Shown one piece after another: positions 35,797 through 47,192 of a stretch of DNA of 64,000 bases. The stretch is from Prasinococcaceae sp. CCMP 1430 (Eukaryota > Plantae > Prasinodermophyta). How positions within the stretch are numbered: the stretch's first letter is position 1; each line of letters begins with the position of its first letter. The notes beneath the pieces are model-generated. The model saw nothing but the letters and a program-made list of their open reading frames with translations, did not search any database and was not told the DNA's origin. The position numbers were made by a program, and so were the translations under genes. The stretch covers positions 6,458 through 70,457 of the forward strand of contig RQSC01000029.1 of the NCBI GenBank assembly GCA_013416795.1, written 5' to 3'.

Positions 35797-36915
35797 ATGA
35801 CGCCCGATGACGCCGATGCGTGCCTGCGGTGCGCCCGCGACCTGAGGTCAGCGGGGATAACGGACGACTCGGCTTTCCGCAGGTGGAGCCGCACGGCGCA
35901 CCCCGACCGCGGCGGCGACACCGAGGCATACCAGCGCATGTCACAGTGCAGGACGATGGTGCTGATGGAGGGCTGCGAGGCCAGGGCGCGCGAGCAGCAG
36001 CGCCGCCGCGCGCGATGGGGCGACCCTCGGGGGGGCACCGCTGGAAACGGGTTCGCCAACGGGCGGGGCGGGCCATACGCCGGCGCCGGCGCCGACCCGC
36101 GGCGGCTGGCCGAGGTCACAGTCGCCGTGCTGCAGGCGATGAAGGCGCGAGGCGTCGCACTGGACGTGCACATGCCCGTCGAGCCGCGCCTGCGACGCGA
36201 CCAGCGCGCTGGAGGGGCGGGGCGGGGGCGCAGGCGCTTGCCCGGTGCCATTGGCGTGCGAATACTGCACCACCGCCCGCTCGGTATTCCGCTGCCATTC
36301 AAGCTGTGGCACGAGGCGGAGGTCGTAGTGGGAACAAGCGCCCGCTCGGACGCTGGCAGAGGTGGCCTTGAGGACTTGGGAGTGCGCCTCGAGGCGGTCG
36401 GCGTCGCCTGGCGGCTGGGAGAGAGACTGTCCGCGCACGCATCCGCCGTTCCCGCCGTGAATGGGGTGCGCACGCGCTTCGGCAGGATGGGGGGCATGAG
36501 CGTGGGCTCTCGTGTGACGGTGCGGCGGACCCTTGGTATGGGGCTCAGGCTTGAGGTAGGCGTCTCTGACGCCGGAGGCGCGCTGCAGCCCGTGGTCGGG
36601 CTCGTGGGCCACGGCGCGCTCTCGTACAAGCACGATGCTAACGACGGGTCGTCGCATACAGTGAGTGGGCTCGGGTGCAGCTACATTTGGACGCCCTCTG
36701 GAGATGACGTGCAGGGTGGTGCGCCGTCGCCGCCGGGCAATAGCAGTGGTGGCGGTGGCGGCGAGTTGCGCAAGCGAAATGAGCAGGACGCTCGCCGGCC
36801 CGTTGACGCGGCTGGCACCGCCGTGAGCGCGTTCACGCCGCCCGCAACCGACGAATCTGCCACGCGACCACCGACGAAATCGCCAGACGCGGACCACTCG
36901 GCGGCAGCAGCGTGA
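35797..36915 (+). CDS. Protein with a short J-domain-like N-terminus (HPD) and a beta-strand-rich C-terminal region
   Basis: FRRWSRTAHPDRGGDTEAYQRM in a single-exon 372-aa ORF. Confidence 0.6.
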   Translation: MTPDDADACLRCARDLRSAGITDDSAFRRWSRTAHPDRGGDTEAYQRMSQCRTMVLMEGCEARAREQQRRRARWGDPRGGTAGNGFANGRGGPYAGAGADPRRLAEVTVAVLQAMKARGVALDVHMPVEPRLRRDQRAGGAGRGRRRLPGAIGVRILHHRPLGIPLPFKLWHEAEVVVGTSARSDAGRGGLEDLGVRLEAVGVAWRLGERLSAHASAVPAVNGVRTRFGRMGGMSVGSRVTVRRTLGMGLRLEVGVSDAGGALQPVVGLVGHGALSYKHDANDGSSHTVSGLGCSYIWTPSGDDVQGGAPSPPGNSSGGGGGELRKRNEQDARRPVDAAGTAVSAFTPPATDESATRPPTKSPDADHSAAAA

Positions 36916-37009
36916 ACTAGTGGCGAGAGCGCCAGGTGCAGCGACTCTTATTACTTATTATTCGGACACTCGCTTCGATGTCGCATCCACTGCCGACCGC
37001 CACGCCGCG

Positions 37010-38197
37010 CTACAGCATCTCAGTGAGCCTCCTCCTCGGCTTGGCGGGCGCGCCGTCGTTTCCTGCTCTCGACCCGCTGGCGACGCCCGCCATGGCATCG
37101 TTCGTGAGGCTTTTCGCGTGCCGACCAAGCGCTAGCTTCGGTGTCCCGCGGTTGAGACCCTCGAGCAGGATGCACGCCTTGCAAAGGCGCTGGCTGGACA
37201 TGAAGCCACAGCGCTCGCACGCACCCAGCGACTGGCTCATGGTGGCCTTTCCCCTGCCTGCCTCCTCTGCTGGGAAGCGCATGAGCTCGCCCGACCGCAC
37301 CACGTCGAGAATGGCGCGCGGCCTCGCGGCCTCCAGCTGCTTGATGAGGTCGCGCGTCCAGCCGCGATAGGCGTTCGGTGAGTAGATGCATTCCGTCGAG
37401 AAGTACTCAAGCTTCTCGAAGTAAGCGTACATGACGATCTCCTTCTCGTACGCGAGGCGCAGCGGCTTCACGCGCGGCACGGCCGCCACGCCTTCCTTGC
37501 CGCCGCCTTCCCCCCCAGTTATCCCCGCCGTGCACCGCCGCAGCCGAGGCGCGTCGCCGCGCAACAGATTGAGCAGCACCGTCTCCGCCACGTCGTCGGC
37601 GTTGTGCCCCGTCGCTATGACGTCCGCGCCCACATGTCGGGCCCCCCGCTCGAGCGCCTGCCGCCTCAGCACGCCGCAGAAGGTGCAGTTGCTCTTGGCG
37701 CCTACCGCGCTGACGATCTCGTCCATGCTCCACCCGTAGAGCTCCTTGTACGACACGATGGTGAGCGGGATGCCGTAGGTCCGCTCGTTGCTCTTGACGG
37801 TCTCGAGCGAGTCGTCGCGGTACCCGGCGATGCCCTCGTCCACGGAGAGCAGGAAGAGGTCGAGCCCGTACCCGTGCCGCTCGTTGAGCACCGCCATCAC
37901 CTTGGCGAGCACCGTCGAGTCCTTCCCACCGGACGCACCTATGGCAACGCGCTGCCCGGGCGCGAAGAGCCCGTCGCGCACGATGGTGGCGTGCACCTCG
38001 TCCTCGAAGGCGCGCGCAAAGCATGCGCGGCACAGGCGCGCGCCCGTCGCCGGGCGGCGCAGCGCGGCGCGCGCCTCGCCGACCCCGCGCCGCCCGCGCG
38101 CCTGCGCAGCGCGAGCGCGCGCGCTCGCGCTCCGATCGCGCGCGCGCTCGCGGTAAAGAGGGTCCGTATTTGGACGAGTTTCTACGTCAAATGGCAT
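37010..38197 (-). CDS. CTU1: Cytoplasmic tRNA 2-thiolation protein 1; true start uncertain
   Basis: PP-loop [50 protein letters not shown] and C-terminal CxxC...CxxC. Confidence 0.95.
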   Translation of the reverse strand: MPFDVETRPNTDPLYRERARDRSASARARAAQARGRRGVGEARAALRRPATGARLCRACFARAFEDEVHATIVRDGLFAPGQRVAIGASGGKDSTVLAKVMAVLNERHGYGLDLFLLSVDEGIAGYRDDSLETVKSNERTYGIPLTIVSYKELYGWSMDEIVSAVGAKSNCTFCGVLRRQALERGARHVGADVIATGHNADDVAETVLLNLLRGDAPRLRRCTAGITGGEGGGKEGVAAVPRVKPLRLAYEKEIVMYAYFEKLEYFSTECIYSPNAYRGWTRDLIKQLEAARPRAILDVVRSGELMRFPAEEAGRGKATMSQSLGACERCGFMSSQRLCKACILLEGLNRGTPKLALGRHAKSLTNDAMAGVASGSRAGNDGAPAKPRRRLTEML

Positions 38198-38552
38198 CTC
38201 ACAGACCCGCCATACACGCGTGTAAAGTTACGGTATACCCCAAACCTTCATTTGGCGGAGGTGCGAACGTGCGCACGCGTTGTTGTTGATGACGGACGCG
38301 GATCACGGGTGCCCCGTCCGTTCGCGCCGCGGCCCGGCATCCCGGGTCCGCGCGTGGGTGCGCCGCGGCGCGTCCGCGCGCGGCGCGGACGCGCCCGTCC
38401 GCGCTTCCCCCAATCAATGTCCGGTATGAGCCGCTTTCACCCCTCCCTTGCAGGTTCTCCGTCGCGACGGTGGCGCAGTGCTGACTGGCTGGAGATGCGA
38501 CATTGATTGATGCCCTGTTTTTTTTTCCTTCGTTTTTTCAGGGTGTCTGTCG

Positions 38553-39812
38553 GTGGGCGGGAAAGCCGCGGGAGCAGTGGCACAGCGCGCACAAGCCCGC
38601 TGCCCCTCCCCCCCCCCTCCCTTCCCCCGGTCGCTAGGTGCGTCGACGCCCGCTGCGCGCGCCTCAGGCGGCCGCCGTGCTCCTCCTCGACTTGCCGTGA
38701 GTCGTCGCCCGGTGGTCGCCGCGGCGGCGGTCGAGACGGGCCGTGAGTGCGATGCGGAATCCACGCATGACCCGGACGTGCTCATCGAGTGCCGCGATGT
38801 GCACAAGTGGTTTGGCCAGAAGCACGTTCTTAGGGGCATGTCGTTCAGCATCCGCCGCGGCGAGGCGGTTGGCATCATCGGATCCAGCGGCACTGGCAAG
38901 TCGACCATCCTGCGCGTCATTGCCGGGCTGCTCATGCCAGACAATGGCGAGGTCATCATCGACGGCAAGGTCAGGAAGGGCCTGCTCAGTGATGAGGTGC
39001 GTGCGGCGTGCAAGCGCGTGCGAGCCAGCCCATGCGGGAGCCAGCGCTGCAGCCTTGGCCGCTCTCGAGGCCCACACCAACCCTAGCAAGAGAGAGCGTG
39101 ACCTCTCTCTCCTCACGTCTCACAGGCACGCACGGATGTGCTGACGTGCGCGACCGGTCGCCTGGACTGGGCTGCACCCCCCCACCCTCCGCGCGCGCGC
39201 GCTGGGGCCTCGCTCGCGCAGGACATGCGCAAGCGGCGCTTGCACGTGGGCATGGTCTTCCAGAGCGCTGCGCTCTTCGACTCGCTCACCGTCGGGCGCA
39301 ACGTCGGCTTCGTCCTGTACGAGCACTCGAACCTCCCGGACGCCGAGATCGAGAGGCGGGTCGCAAAGGTGCTTGGGCAGGTCGGCCTCAAGCCCGATGT
39401 AGCTGACCTATACCCTTCAGAGATCTCGGGCGGCATGAAGAAGCGCGTCGCGCTGGCGCGCGCAATCATCAGCGAGGCGGCGGAGGAGGGGGCAGATGGC
39501 GACGGCGGCGACGACGCTGACGAGCAGGTGATCATGTACGACGAGCCTACGGCGGGGCTGGACACCGTGTCGTCGACCGTGGTGGAGGATCTGATCGTCG
39601 GGCTCAAGGAGCACGCCGATTCGCAGGTCGTTTCGTACATCGTGGTCACGCACCAGCACTCGACCATCCGCCGCGCGTGCGACCGAATCATCTTTTTGCA
39701 TGAGGGGAAGGTGGTGTGGGAGGGGAAGGTGGAAGAGTTTGACACCACCGATGAGCCAATCGTCGTCCAGTTCCGCACTGGCAGTCTCGACGGGCCCATA
39801 CAGTACAAGTAG
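38553..39812 (+). CDS. TGD3: Plastid lipid ABC transporter ATPase TGD3 (MlaF-like), intron 38997-39221; 5' end uncertain
   Basis: Walker A GSSGTGKS, MVFQSAALFDSLTV, signature ISGGMKKRVALARAI, YDEPTAGLD and C-terminal QF.TGSLDGPI. Confidence 0.9.
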
Positions 39813-39913
39813 CGACCTTGCACTCGCTGCCACGTGTGCCGCCCGGTGCGCACGCACTGCGCACGCGTAAAAGTGTAAATAATATTGCTTATACACCACA
39901 TGTGCGCACGAGC

Positions 39914-40576
39914 TCACGCTACCTGCGCGTCCTTCTGCGCAAGGACGCGCTCAACCGTGTCGACAATGGCCTGGGTCTGAGGGTCGACTTCCACGTTGAC
40001 GGCATCGCCGACGGCGCGCGCGCCAAAGCACGTCGCGCGCAATGTCTCCGGGATGAGGTACACGCTGAAAGAGTCTTCGGTGACCTCGCCAACGGTCAAG
40101 GAGCAGCCGTCCACCGCGACAAAGCCCTTGGGCAGGATGTATTTCACCCACTCGCTGCCCACCCTGAACTCCATGCGCGTATTGTTGGCCGTCGTGTCTT
40201 TCGACACCACCTCCGCCGTGGCGCCGACGTGCCCGCTCACCGTGTGTCCGCCGATTTCGTCGCCCACACGGGCAGCCCTCTCGAAGTTGACGGCGTCGCC
40301 CTCCTGGCAAGTCGCCAAGTTGGTCCTCCGCAGGGTCTCCTCGATGATGTCAAAGGTGGCAGTTGCCGCGCCCTCGTCGAAGCTCGTCACCGTGAGGCAG
40401 ACGCCGTTGAGCGCGATGCTCGCCCCGATCTCGACCGCGGCAAGCGCGCCCTCCGGAAAAGTCACCGTGGCGGTGATGAAGTCCACTGGCGCGCCGTCCG
40501 TCCAGGGCAGCGCCCCGTTGCGCCGCTCGAGCGCCGTCAGCGTCGCCTTCCCCTGCACGATCCCTGTGAAGACCAT
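39914..40576 (-). CDS. ribE: Riboflavin synthase; a transit peptide may extend into the N gap
   Basis: (M)VFTGIV, GASIALNGVCLTV, VNFERA, GGHTVSGHV, KGFVAVDGCSLT, LIPETL and VNVEVD. Confidence 0.95.
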   Translation of the reverse strand: MVFTGIVQGKATLTALERRNGALPWTDGAPVDFITATVTFPEGALAAVEIGASIALNGVCLTVTSFDEGAATATFDIIEETLRRTNLATCQEGDAVNFERAARVGDEIGGHTVSGHVGATAEVVSKDTTANNTRMEFRVGSEWVKYILPKGFVAVDGCSLTVGEVTEDSFSVYLIPETLRATCFGARAVGDAVNVEVDPQTQAIVDTVERVLAQKDAQVA

Positions 40577-40780
40577 CGCAGTACGCGCGCGCCGCGTCGC
40601 CTCGTGGCCTCGTGCCGCTGCGCCCCGCCCCGCGCGTTGCACCGCGCGCCCCCCCGCGCCGCCGCNNNNNNNNNNNNNNNNNNNNNNNNNNNNNNNNNNN
40701 NNNNNNNNNNNNNNNNNNNNNNNNNNNNNNNNNNNNNNNNNNNNNNNNNNNNNNNNNNNNNNNNNNNNNNNNNNNNNNNN

Positions 40781-41491
40781 GCCCACCGGCCGCGCCAGCG
40801 CCGGCGACGGGCGGAGGCGGGCGTGTCGCGCCGCAGCGCGCTGAAGGGCGCCTTCGCGGCGCTCGAGTGCACGCTCTTCCCCGCCGCGACGGAGTTGCTC
40901 ACGCGACCGGGGCTCCCCGGCGAGCCCAAGGCCACCCCTTCCGACCTCTTGCGCCCGGAGGCGTGGAAGTCACTCGCGCCGTACGACATGGACGGTGCTG
41001 CTCAGGCGGAGGCAGCCGCTGCGCTCGCGCGGGGCGACGAGCTCGTCGCGAGTGGCGACCCGGCCGGTGCCGTCGGTGAGTACGAGCGCGCGGCAGATTT
41101 GGTCGGCAGCGGGCAGTACAAGCTCTGGCAGGCGGCCACGCTGCGCGGTGGCCATGCCAAGGAGCTTGCGGGGGACAGGGCTGCGGGCAACGCCAACTCG
41201 AGCGAGGTGTGGTGGTGGGGGCGCGGCCTGCGGTGGCCCGGATGGTACATCATTGCGTACCTGAGCGCACGCAGCGCCTACTACGACACTAAGTATCCCG
41301 ATGGCGTGCCTGCGCCCGCGCGAGCCACAAGCAGGGCCTCGGCGCGGGGCGCTCTCGGAGCGAAGGCGCGAGGCGCCGAGCCCAAGCGCAAGGCGGGCAA
41401 CGATCTGATATTCGAGCTCATCATACTCACCGTCGGTGGCATCGGGCTGCTCGCTGCGCTCCTCGAGTACGGCCTGCCAGATTACGTGTAG
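40781..41491 (+). CDS. Uncharacterised membrane protein, 5' end in the N gap
   Basis: Open frame from the gap to TAG with a C-terminal TM segment (LIFELIILTVGGIGLLAALL) and an SRR-x-x-L element that may be a Tat-like signal. Confidence 0.55.
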   Translation, partial: AHRPRQRRRRAEAGVSRRSALKGAFAALECTLFPAATELLTRPGLPGEPKATPSDLLRPEAWKSLAPYDMDGAAQAEAAAALARGDELVASGDPAGAVGEYERAADLVGSGQYKLWQAATLRGGHAKELAGDRAAGNANSSEVWWWGRGLRWPGWYIIAYLSARSAYYDTKYPDGVPAPARATSRASARGALGAKARGAEPKRKAGNDLIFELIILTVGGIGLLAALLEYGLPDYV

Positions 41492-41654
41492 CAGGGCCGC
41501 CAATTGTGTGTTTAGTGAACATTGAATATTACTTGGTGTGCGTGGCGTGGCGAGCGCGTGCTCGTGGGCGCGCCAGAGGAGTGGCGCGCGGTCGCGCACG
41601 CTTTGTGTGCGCGCGCGGGCGCGCGCGCGTGGTGTGCGCGCGCGGAGGGGCGCG

Positions 41655-42845
41655 CTACGAGTGGTCGCCGAGAGCGACGGCGCGTTCGATAACGAGGCCC
41701 ACATCCGTCGGCGGGTACCGCTGCAGCAGCTTGACGCACGCGGCGAAGTCGCCTTGCAGCAGCACCTCGCGCGAGTGCATGAGCATCGCGACGCAGAGCC
41801 TGAGCAGGCACTCCAGCCGATCGCGCTGCTCCGCCAGCAGAGCGTCCCACAGCGAGAGCGTGTCGGGCAGCGTAAACTCCTGGGTGAGCAGCAGCGTCAC
41901 CCATCTGAATGCGTACAGGGTCGGCGCCACCCCATGCGTCTCGGTGAGGTGCGTGTGCAACGTGGGGTCGCGCGCCTCCAGCATTTGGTCGAGCCGCGCG
42001 AGGGTCGCCTTCACGCCGACGTCCGAGTTGTCCAGCTGCTTGCAGTAATGGTCCCTGAATTCCCCCATGAGCGTGCTGAAGCAGAAGAATGCGTCCGCCT
42101 CCGCATCGACGTCGCGGGCACAGGAGGGCGCAGTGCGGAACACGTAGAAAAGCGGCGCGTAGAGCTCATTCATGCCCTGTACGTAGCGAATGCCGGGGTT
42201 GAGCTTGGCGTATACGAAGAGGGCACGCGCCATGCACGTCTGCTTGTCGTTCAGGCACGAGGCGTCCCCTCCGCCGCGGTGTGAAACGCTCTCGGGCTCG
42301 CCGTCGGCGCTCAGTCCGGAGAAGAAGTGCACGTCCGGATGAGTCCGTTCGACGTCCCGCACGATCTGCTCGAGCTCCTCGCTGTCCGCGAAGAAGGCGC
42401 GCCAGGTGCTGTCGCTCGCCTGTGACAGCGGGTCATCCGACACGGCCTCGCGGCGCAGCTCGCCCTGCGTGGTCGCCTCCCCGCCATCCCCATCGGCCCA
42501 ATCCCCGCGGTCCCCGTCCTCCCCGCTTCTACCGCCGAAGAGGCGGGGGTCCACCATCTCCTGCACGAATCGCTGGTATTCATTTCGCCTCGCAGCTTCC
42601 TCGTCCGCCCACGCCGACGAGTCGCGCGGCAGGTACCCTAGGAGGAGCTTCCACGCAGTCGCTCTGGCCGCCGCGGACACGCCAAGCCCACGCCACGCCC
42701 CGGCGAGCGCGCCGACGTCCACGCGCTCGCACGAGAGCAGCGAGGCCACCCTCACCCCCGGCGACGTGGGCCTGGGCAACTCCACTTGCTGCGCCTGCGC
42801 TCGTCCCCCGCCGGCTGGCCCCGTTCCCCCCGCCTCGCCCGCCAT
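41655..42845 (-). CDS. TBC-domain Rab GTPase-activating protein (TBC1D13-like)
   Basis: R..AWKLLLGYLP, arginine finger IVRDVERT, glutamine finger YVQGMNE, EADAFFCF and YAFRWVTLLLTQEF...LWD. Confidence 0.93.
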   Translation of the reverse strand: MAGEAGGTGPAGGGRAQAQQVELPRPTSPGVRVASLLSCERVDVGALAGAWRGLGVSAAARATAWKLLLGYLPRDSSAWADEEAARRNEYQRFVQEMVDPRLFGGRSGEDGDRGDWADGDGGEATTQGELRREAVSDDPLSQASDSTWRAFFADSEELEQIVRDVERTHPDVHFFSGLSADGEPESVSHRGGGDASCLNDKQTCMARALFVYAKLNPGIRYVQGMNELYAPLFYVFRTAPSCARDVDAEADAFFCFSTLMGEFRDHYCKQLDNSDVGVKATLARLDQMLEARDPTLHTHLTETHGVAPTLYAFRWVTLLLTQEFTLPDTLSLWDALLAEQRDRLECLLRLCVAMLMHSREVLLQGDFAACVKLLQRYPPTDVGLVIERAVALGDHS

Positions 42846-44442
42846 CCGCACGCCCCGCGCCGCGAGCGCGGCGCCGCGAGCGCCGATCGGCCCACCGCCA
42901 ACTGCTCCCACACACGCACGCGCTCGCTCGCACGCTCGTTCTGNCCGGCGCCGCGCGCGCGCTCTGGCTCGGGCGCGGCGCTCGCCTCGCCAGCGCCGCC
43001 CACCGTTAGGGTTCGGCCCCCCTCGAGCATGTCATCTGATGGGTGAATAGTGCGTACTGTACACAATTGCTGTAATGTGTCATGATGGTACACCGTGGCT
43101 CGATTGGACCTATATTGGGGTAGACCCTACCTCTCCTACCTCTCTCTCTCTGGCTCTGCAGTGGAGCGCAATAATCTGTTGCAGAGTGAAGGTGATTTGC
43201 GGGCGGGCTCGGATCCGGCGAGAGCCCGCACCCAACCAGCCAGCCCCCGAAAGCATCGATCGAATGCCCGGAAGGAAGTGGAAGGAGGGCGCACCAAACA
43301 AGCGAACGCAAAAGGGCTGGAAAAGGGCCAAAAACGGCGCGCACCCATCGAAGCGCGCGAGCGAGCGAGCGAGCGAGCGAGCGAGCGAGCGGGCAGTGGC
43401 GGGCGCGGCTGCCCGCCGTTCCCCTGGCACGCATGGCCGGGCTGGGGGCGGGGCGGGCGGGGGCGGGACGGCGGCGCCAGTCCGCGCGCAGCCTGGGAGG
43501 CGGGCGACGCAGGGTGGGGCAGGCGCAGGCCGAGGGAGGCCCGTGCCGGGCGGCGAGTGAGCCTCGACCAAGAGGGGGCGGCGCCACCGCTGCCGCCGCG
43601 CGCGCGCCCTGCCGCCGCGCCCATGACGGTCAGTGCGCCCACGCCGGGCGCAGCACGTGGGCCGCTTTCGAGCGTTGCGCGTGTGCGAGTGAGCACGGCA
43701 TCCGAGGCGGCGNGCGCTGCGGCGCCGCCGCGCGCGCGCGCCCCTTCGCGGCTCGGGGAACGGGCGCGTCCCAACAATTCCAATTTGCGGGGCGAAAAGC
43801 GCCGTTGCGGACCCATATTTTTGCACCCGAAACGCGCGGCGCGCGCGTCGCCTTTCGATCGCCCTCCGCGAAATCAAAACGTCCCGCGAAGCGCGCGCCC
43901 GGCGGGCTGTCGCGCGGGCGTCCCGCCAACCAAAAGCGCGCGTCCCGCGAAGCGGTGCGATGTGCCTCCTCGCGCGCGGGGCCGCCCGAGAGATTGCGCG
44001 CGAGCGGCCGCGGGGGTGCGGATGGGGGAGGGGAGGGGAGATATTGCGGGGCTCGCCGGGATATTTGATCGCAGTTCCTGTGCCCCGGGCGGCGCGCGCG
44101 CGTCAGCCGCGGGGGCGGCTGGGCGACCGCGCGGCCGCGCTCTCGATCGAGGCCCATGCATGGCGCGCGCCGAGAGCGCTCCGGCGGGCGCGCCGCGGGC
44201 GCGCGCGATGCGAGGAGCCGCGAGCGGCGCTAGGACCTCCAGGCGCGCAGAGGAGGAGGCGGGGTCCCGTGGCCTGGTGCGGAGGGTAGAGGCAGGAGGG
44301 ATCGGAGGAGCCGAACGGCGAGCGCGTCCCGCGCGCCTGTGCCTGTGCCGACCCGCGAGCTGCGTGCACGCGCGTGGCTGACGCTCCTCCTCCGACCGCG
44401 GCGAGCACAGGCCGGCGTCGCGTCGCGCTAGAGGTACACGGG

Positions 44443-46954
44443 ATGTTCGTGGAAGACAAGGCCTGCGAGGTCGATAAGGCCTCTGACGACGGCGACGAGT
44501 TGATGGCGCGTCACGTCGGCGGCGCGACGCCTGCATGCGCCGCCGCGCCGCTTGGCGTGGGCGGATTCCACGCGGCCGTCTACTCGTACGACATGGCCGA
44601 CGGCGGGCTGATAGATGGGAGCTCCCTGTCGGCTCCGGAAATTCTCACCAAGGACGACGGCACGCCCCTAGTCGGCACGCTGCCGGAGATTATCATCTTC
44701 CTGAACAGCAAGGAGAGCTACCTTCTGGACAAGGGCTTCAGCCCACACCTTCTGTACGCCGCGGACGACAGCGGCAAGCTCGAACAAATCCAACTTGCAG
44801 GCACGGGAGCAATGGGAGAGCGGATTGGAATGCACGAGCCCAGCTCAGTCTCCGACGTGCGTGCGTCTGCGCCCGGTAGCGCAGTGTCTGCGCCGTGCGG
44901 CGACTTTGATGCGCGCGCACGGCCCTCCAGCACCGCGGCAGGAGATGCACCTCGTGGTAGCGCGTCCGTGGTAGCCAGGTCATTCCTCGCCAACACAAAC
45001 AGCAAGTTTCTGCGGCTCAAGGTGGACGAATTCGTGGCGGAGACGTCACTGTCCGGACCTGGAGGTCCACGTCATGACGATGCTCGCATCTCCCCCGGCG
45101 CGCAGCCGCCCTACAACCGGGTGGCGCCACGCCAGAGCTCCTTCAATATGACCAAGCGCGGCGACGACGGCCCAGACCGACAAGACTCGCCTGCTGGCGC
45201 GCCTGCGGGTGGACCCAATTATCCCGAGCCAGCTGCACCGGCACTCAGTGCAGGCTCGGCCCCGCCCGTCAAGCGCGTCCCTGGGGCACCCGCAAGCGCT
45301 GAAACGGCGTGCGTCGTCACTACAATCGGCGATTCCGCGCAACAGCAGAGTCGACGCGAGGCCGACAAAGCTGGCGACCGCCAGCTCGGTGCCAATTTAG
45401 GTGGAATCGATGGCGTTCGCAGCGCCATGCTCTCGCAGCCACAGATACGTATGCAGGCTCTACTGCTAGCGCACACGGCCACGCTGCATGGCGATCGACC
45501 GCGCAGTGATGCTGCCACCAACGACGACGACGGCGACGGCGACGATCGGACTCTCATCCGCAAGGCAGCACACGCACCGGCCGTCGCAACGTCGGGAGGA
45601 GGAGGCTGCAATGTGATGAGTAGCCCGACCTTCGACGACGACAACCTCAACCTAGTCTTCGGTTTGGGCAGCGACGTGTTTGAGGCGCTCAACATAGGCT
45701 TCGAGGACGAAGACTTGCTGAGTGGGCTTGTTGATACCGCATCCGCACTCCCCGACCAGCCACAGTCAATATCTACCGGTGTTGGGCAGCGCACAGTCAG
45801 CGAAGAACTGTACGTGGCCACGCATGTGCACACGGGTGCGCTTAGTGGCAACAGTGACCGCGGCGCGCACTCGGCGCTCGCAATGGCCGAGGCAGCGGCC
45901 ATCATGACCTCAAATCACGACGACGCATTGCATGCTCTGGCATGCGACGGCGATCCCCTGATTCCGAGCGCCGCTGCTGCCGCCTCTGGGCGCCGCAGCG
46001 GCAGCAAGCGAATCCGCAACCGTCGTGGCAGTTACGAGCCGCTAGTGCGTGATCGGGCTGCGCAGGACGCCAGCACAAGAGGAAATGACTACAGCACACG
46101 CTGCAGCGATCACGCGGTGCACATCCCAACACCGCCGAGCATCTACAATGGCGCAAATGGCTGTGAACCTGACAGCATTCGAAGCGACGAGGACAGCGAG
46201 CACCGGCCCAGCGTGGCCCACAGACTTCCCACGCCACGATCGTCGCCCATAGGTAGGGCATTAGCGCCCACGCGGCGCCCGCGCTCGGCCGGCCAGACAA
46301 GGCCACCTTCTGGAAACAAAACCAAGGCGACCTCGGGTGGCGCACGTGCGAGCGTCAGGGGCACCGGGGATACCCGCAAGCCTGGCCAACTCGCGCAAGA
46401 CCTTGCAACAGAGCGCAAGAACCGCATCACGCTTGCCGATTTGTGCGCGCGATTCGACATGCCATTGGCTGAGGCCGCCGCAGATCTGGGTATTTGTGCG
46501 ACAATTCTCAAGAAGGTGTGCCGCAAGTTTGGCGTGCAGCGCTGGCCGCACAGAGGCCTCAAGAGGCTGAACACCACGCTAGCGATGATGGAGGAGCAGC
46601 TCTTCGGCGAGGGCGAGGGAGACCAAACCGCGAAGGTGAGATCTCTATCACACGAGGGCGTATGCGGCGCGCTGCGCATGCTGCACGCACAATCGTGTTT
46701 TGCGCGACTCAATCTGACCTCAGTCTCATCAACTCAACCGTACACCGTCTTCCGCCCCGCATATTCACACCCAGGCAATACTCCAGACGGAATACGAGCG
46801 CCTCAAGAAGGAGAAGGACGCCATCATGAGCGGCAAAGGCACCTGCATGCGCACGTTGCAGCAATCGGTTAGCAACGAGGGCGCGCCCGCGGCGCCAGAA
46901 GAGGGCCATGCGGCGGGCACGAGCATTGGCGGGGTGGGCGCGCCGACCGCATAG
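44443..46954 (+). CDS. RWP-RK transcription factor, intron 46636-46774
   Basis: ITLADLCARFDMPLAEAAADLGICATILKKVCRKFGVQRWPHRGL, with a spliced helical tail AILQTEYERLKKEKDAIM. Start codon inferred. Confidence 0.9.
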
Positions 46955-47192
46955 GTGGCAACGCATATCACTTCGTTGAGCTAGGGCGAGCACGCGCACC
47001 AAGCACTAGGCGAGGGAGGCAGGGAGCGAGGAGCTCTCCGGATTTTTTAAAGCTCCACAGGCCATGGATGAATTTCCATGGACAACGGCATTGACATAAA
47101 CTTAGGGTCCGTTGGCTACATCGCCGCACAGCACACACACAAAGCGCCCATTGCACGCGGTACGCGTCTCCAGCACCTGCCCCACCTCCTAG

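Noticed and set aside
43095-44381. 428-aa ORF upstream of the RWP-RK gene
   Set aside because: Low-complexity Arg/Ala/Gly translation across a promoter-like region that contains an N and a microsatellite.
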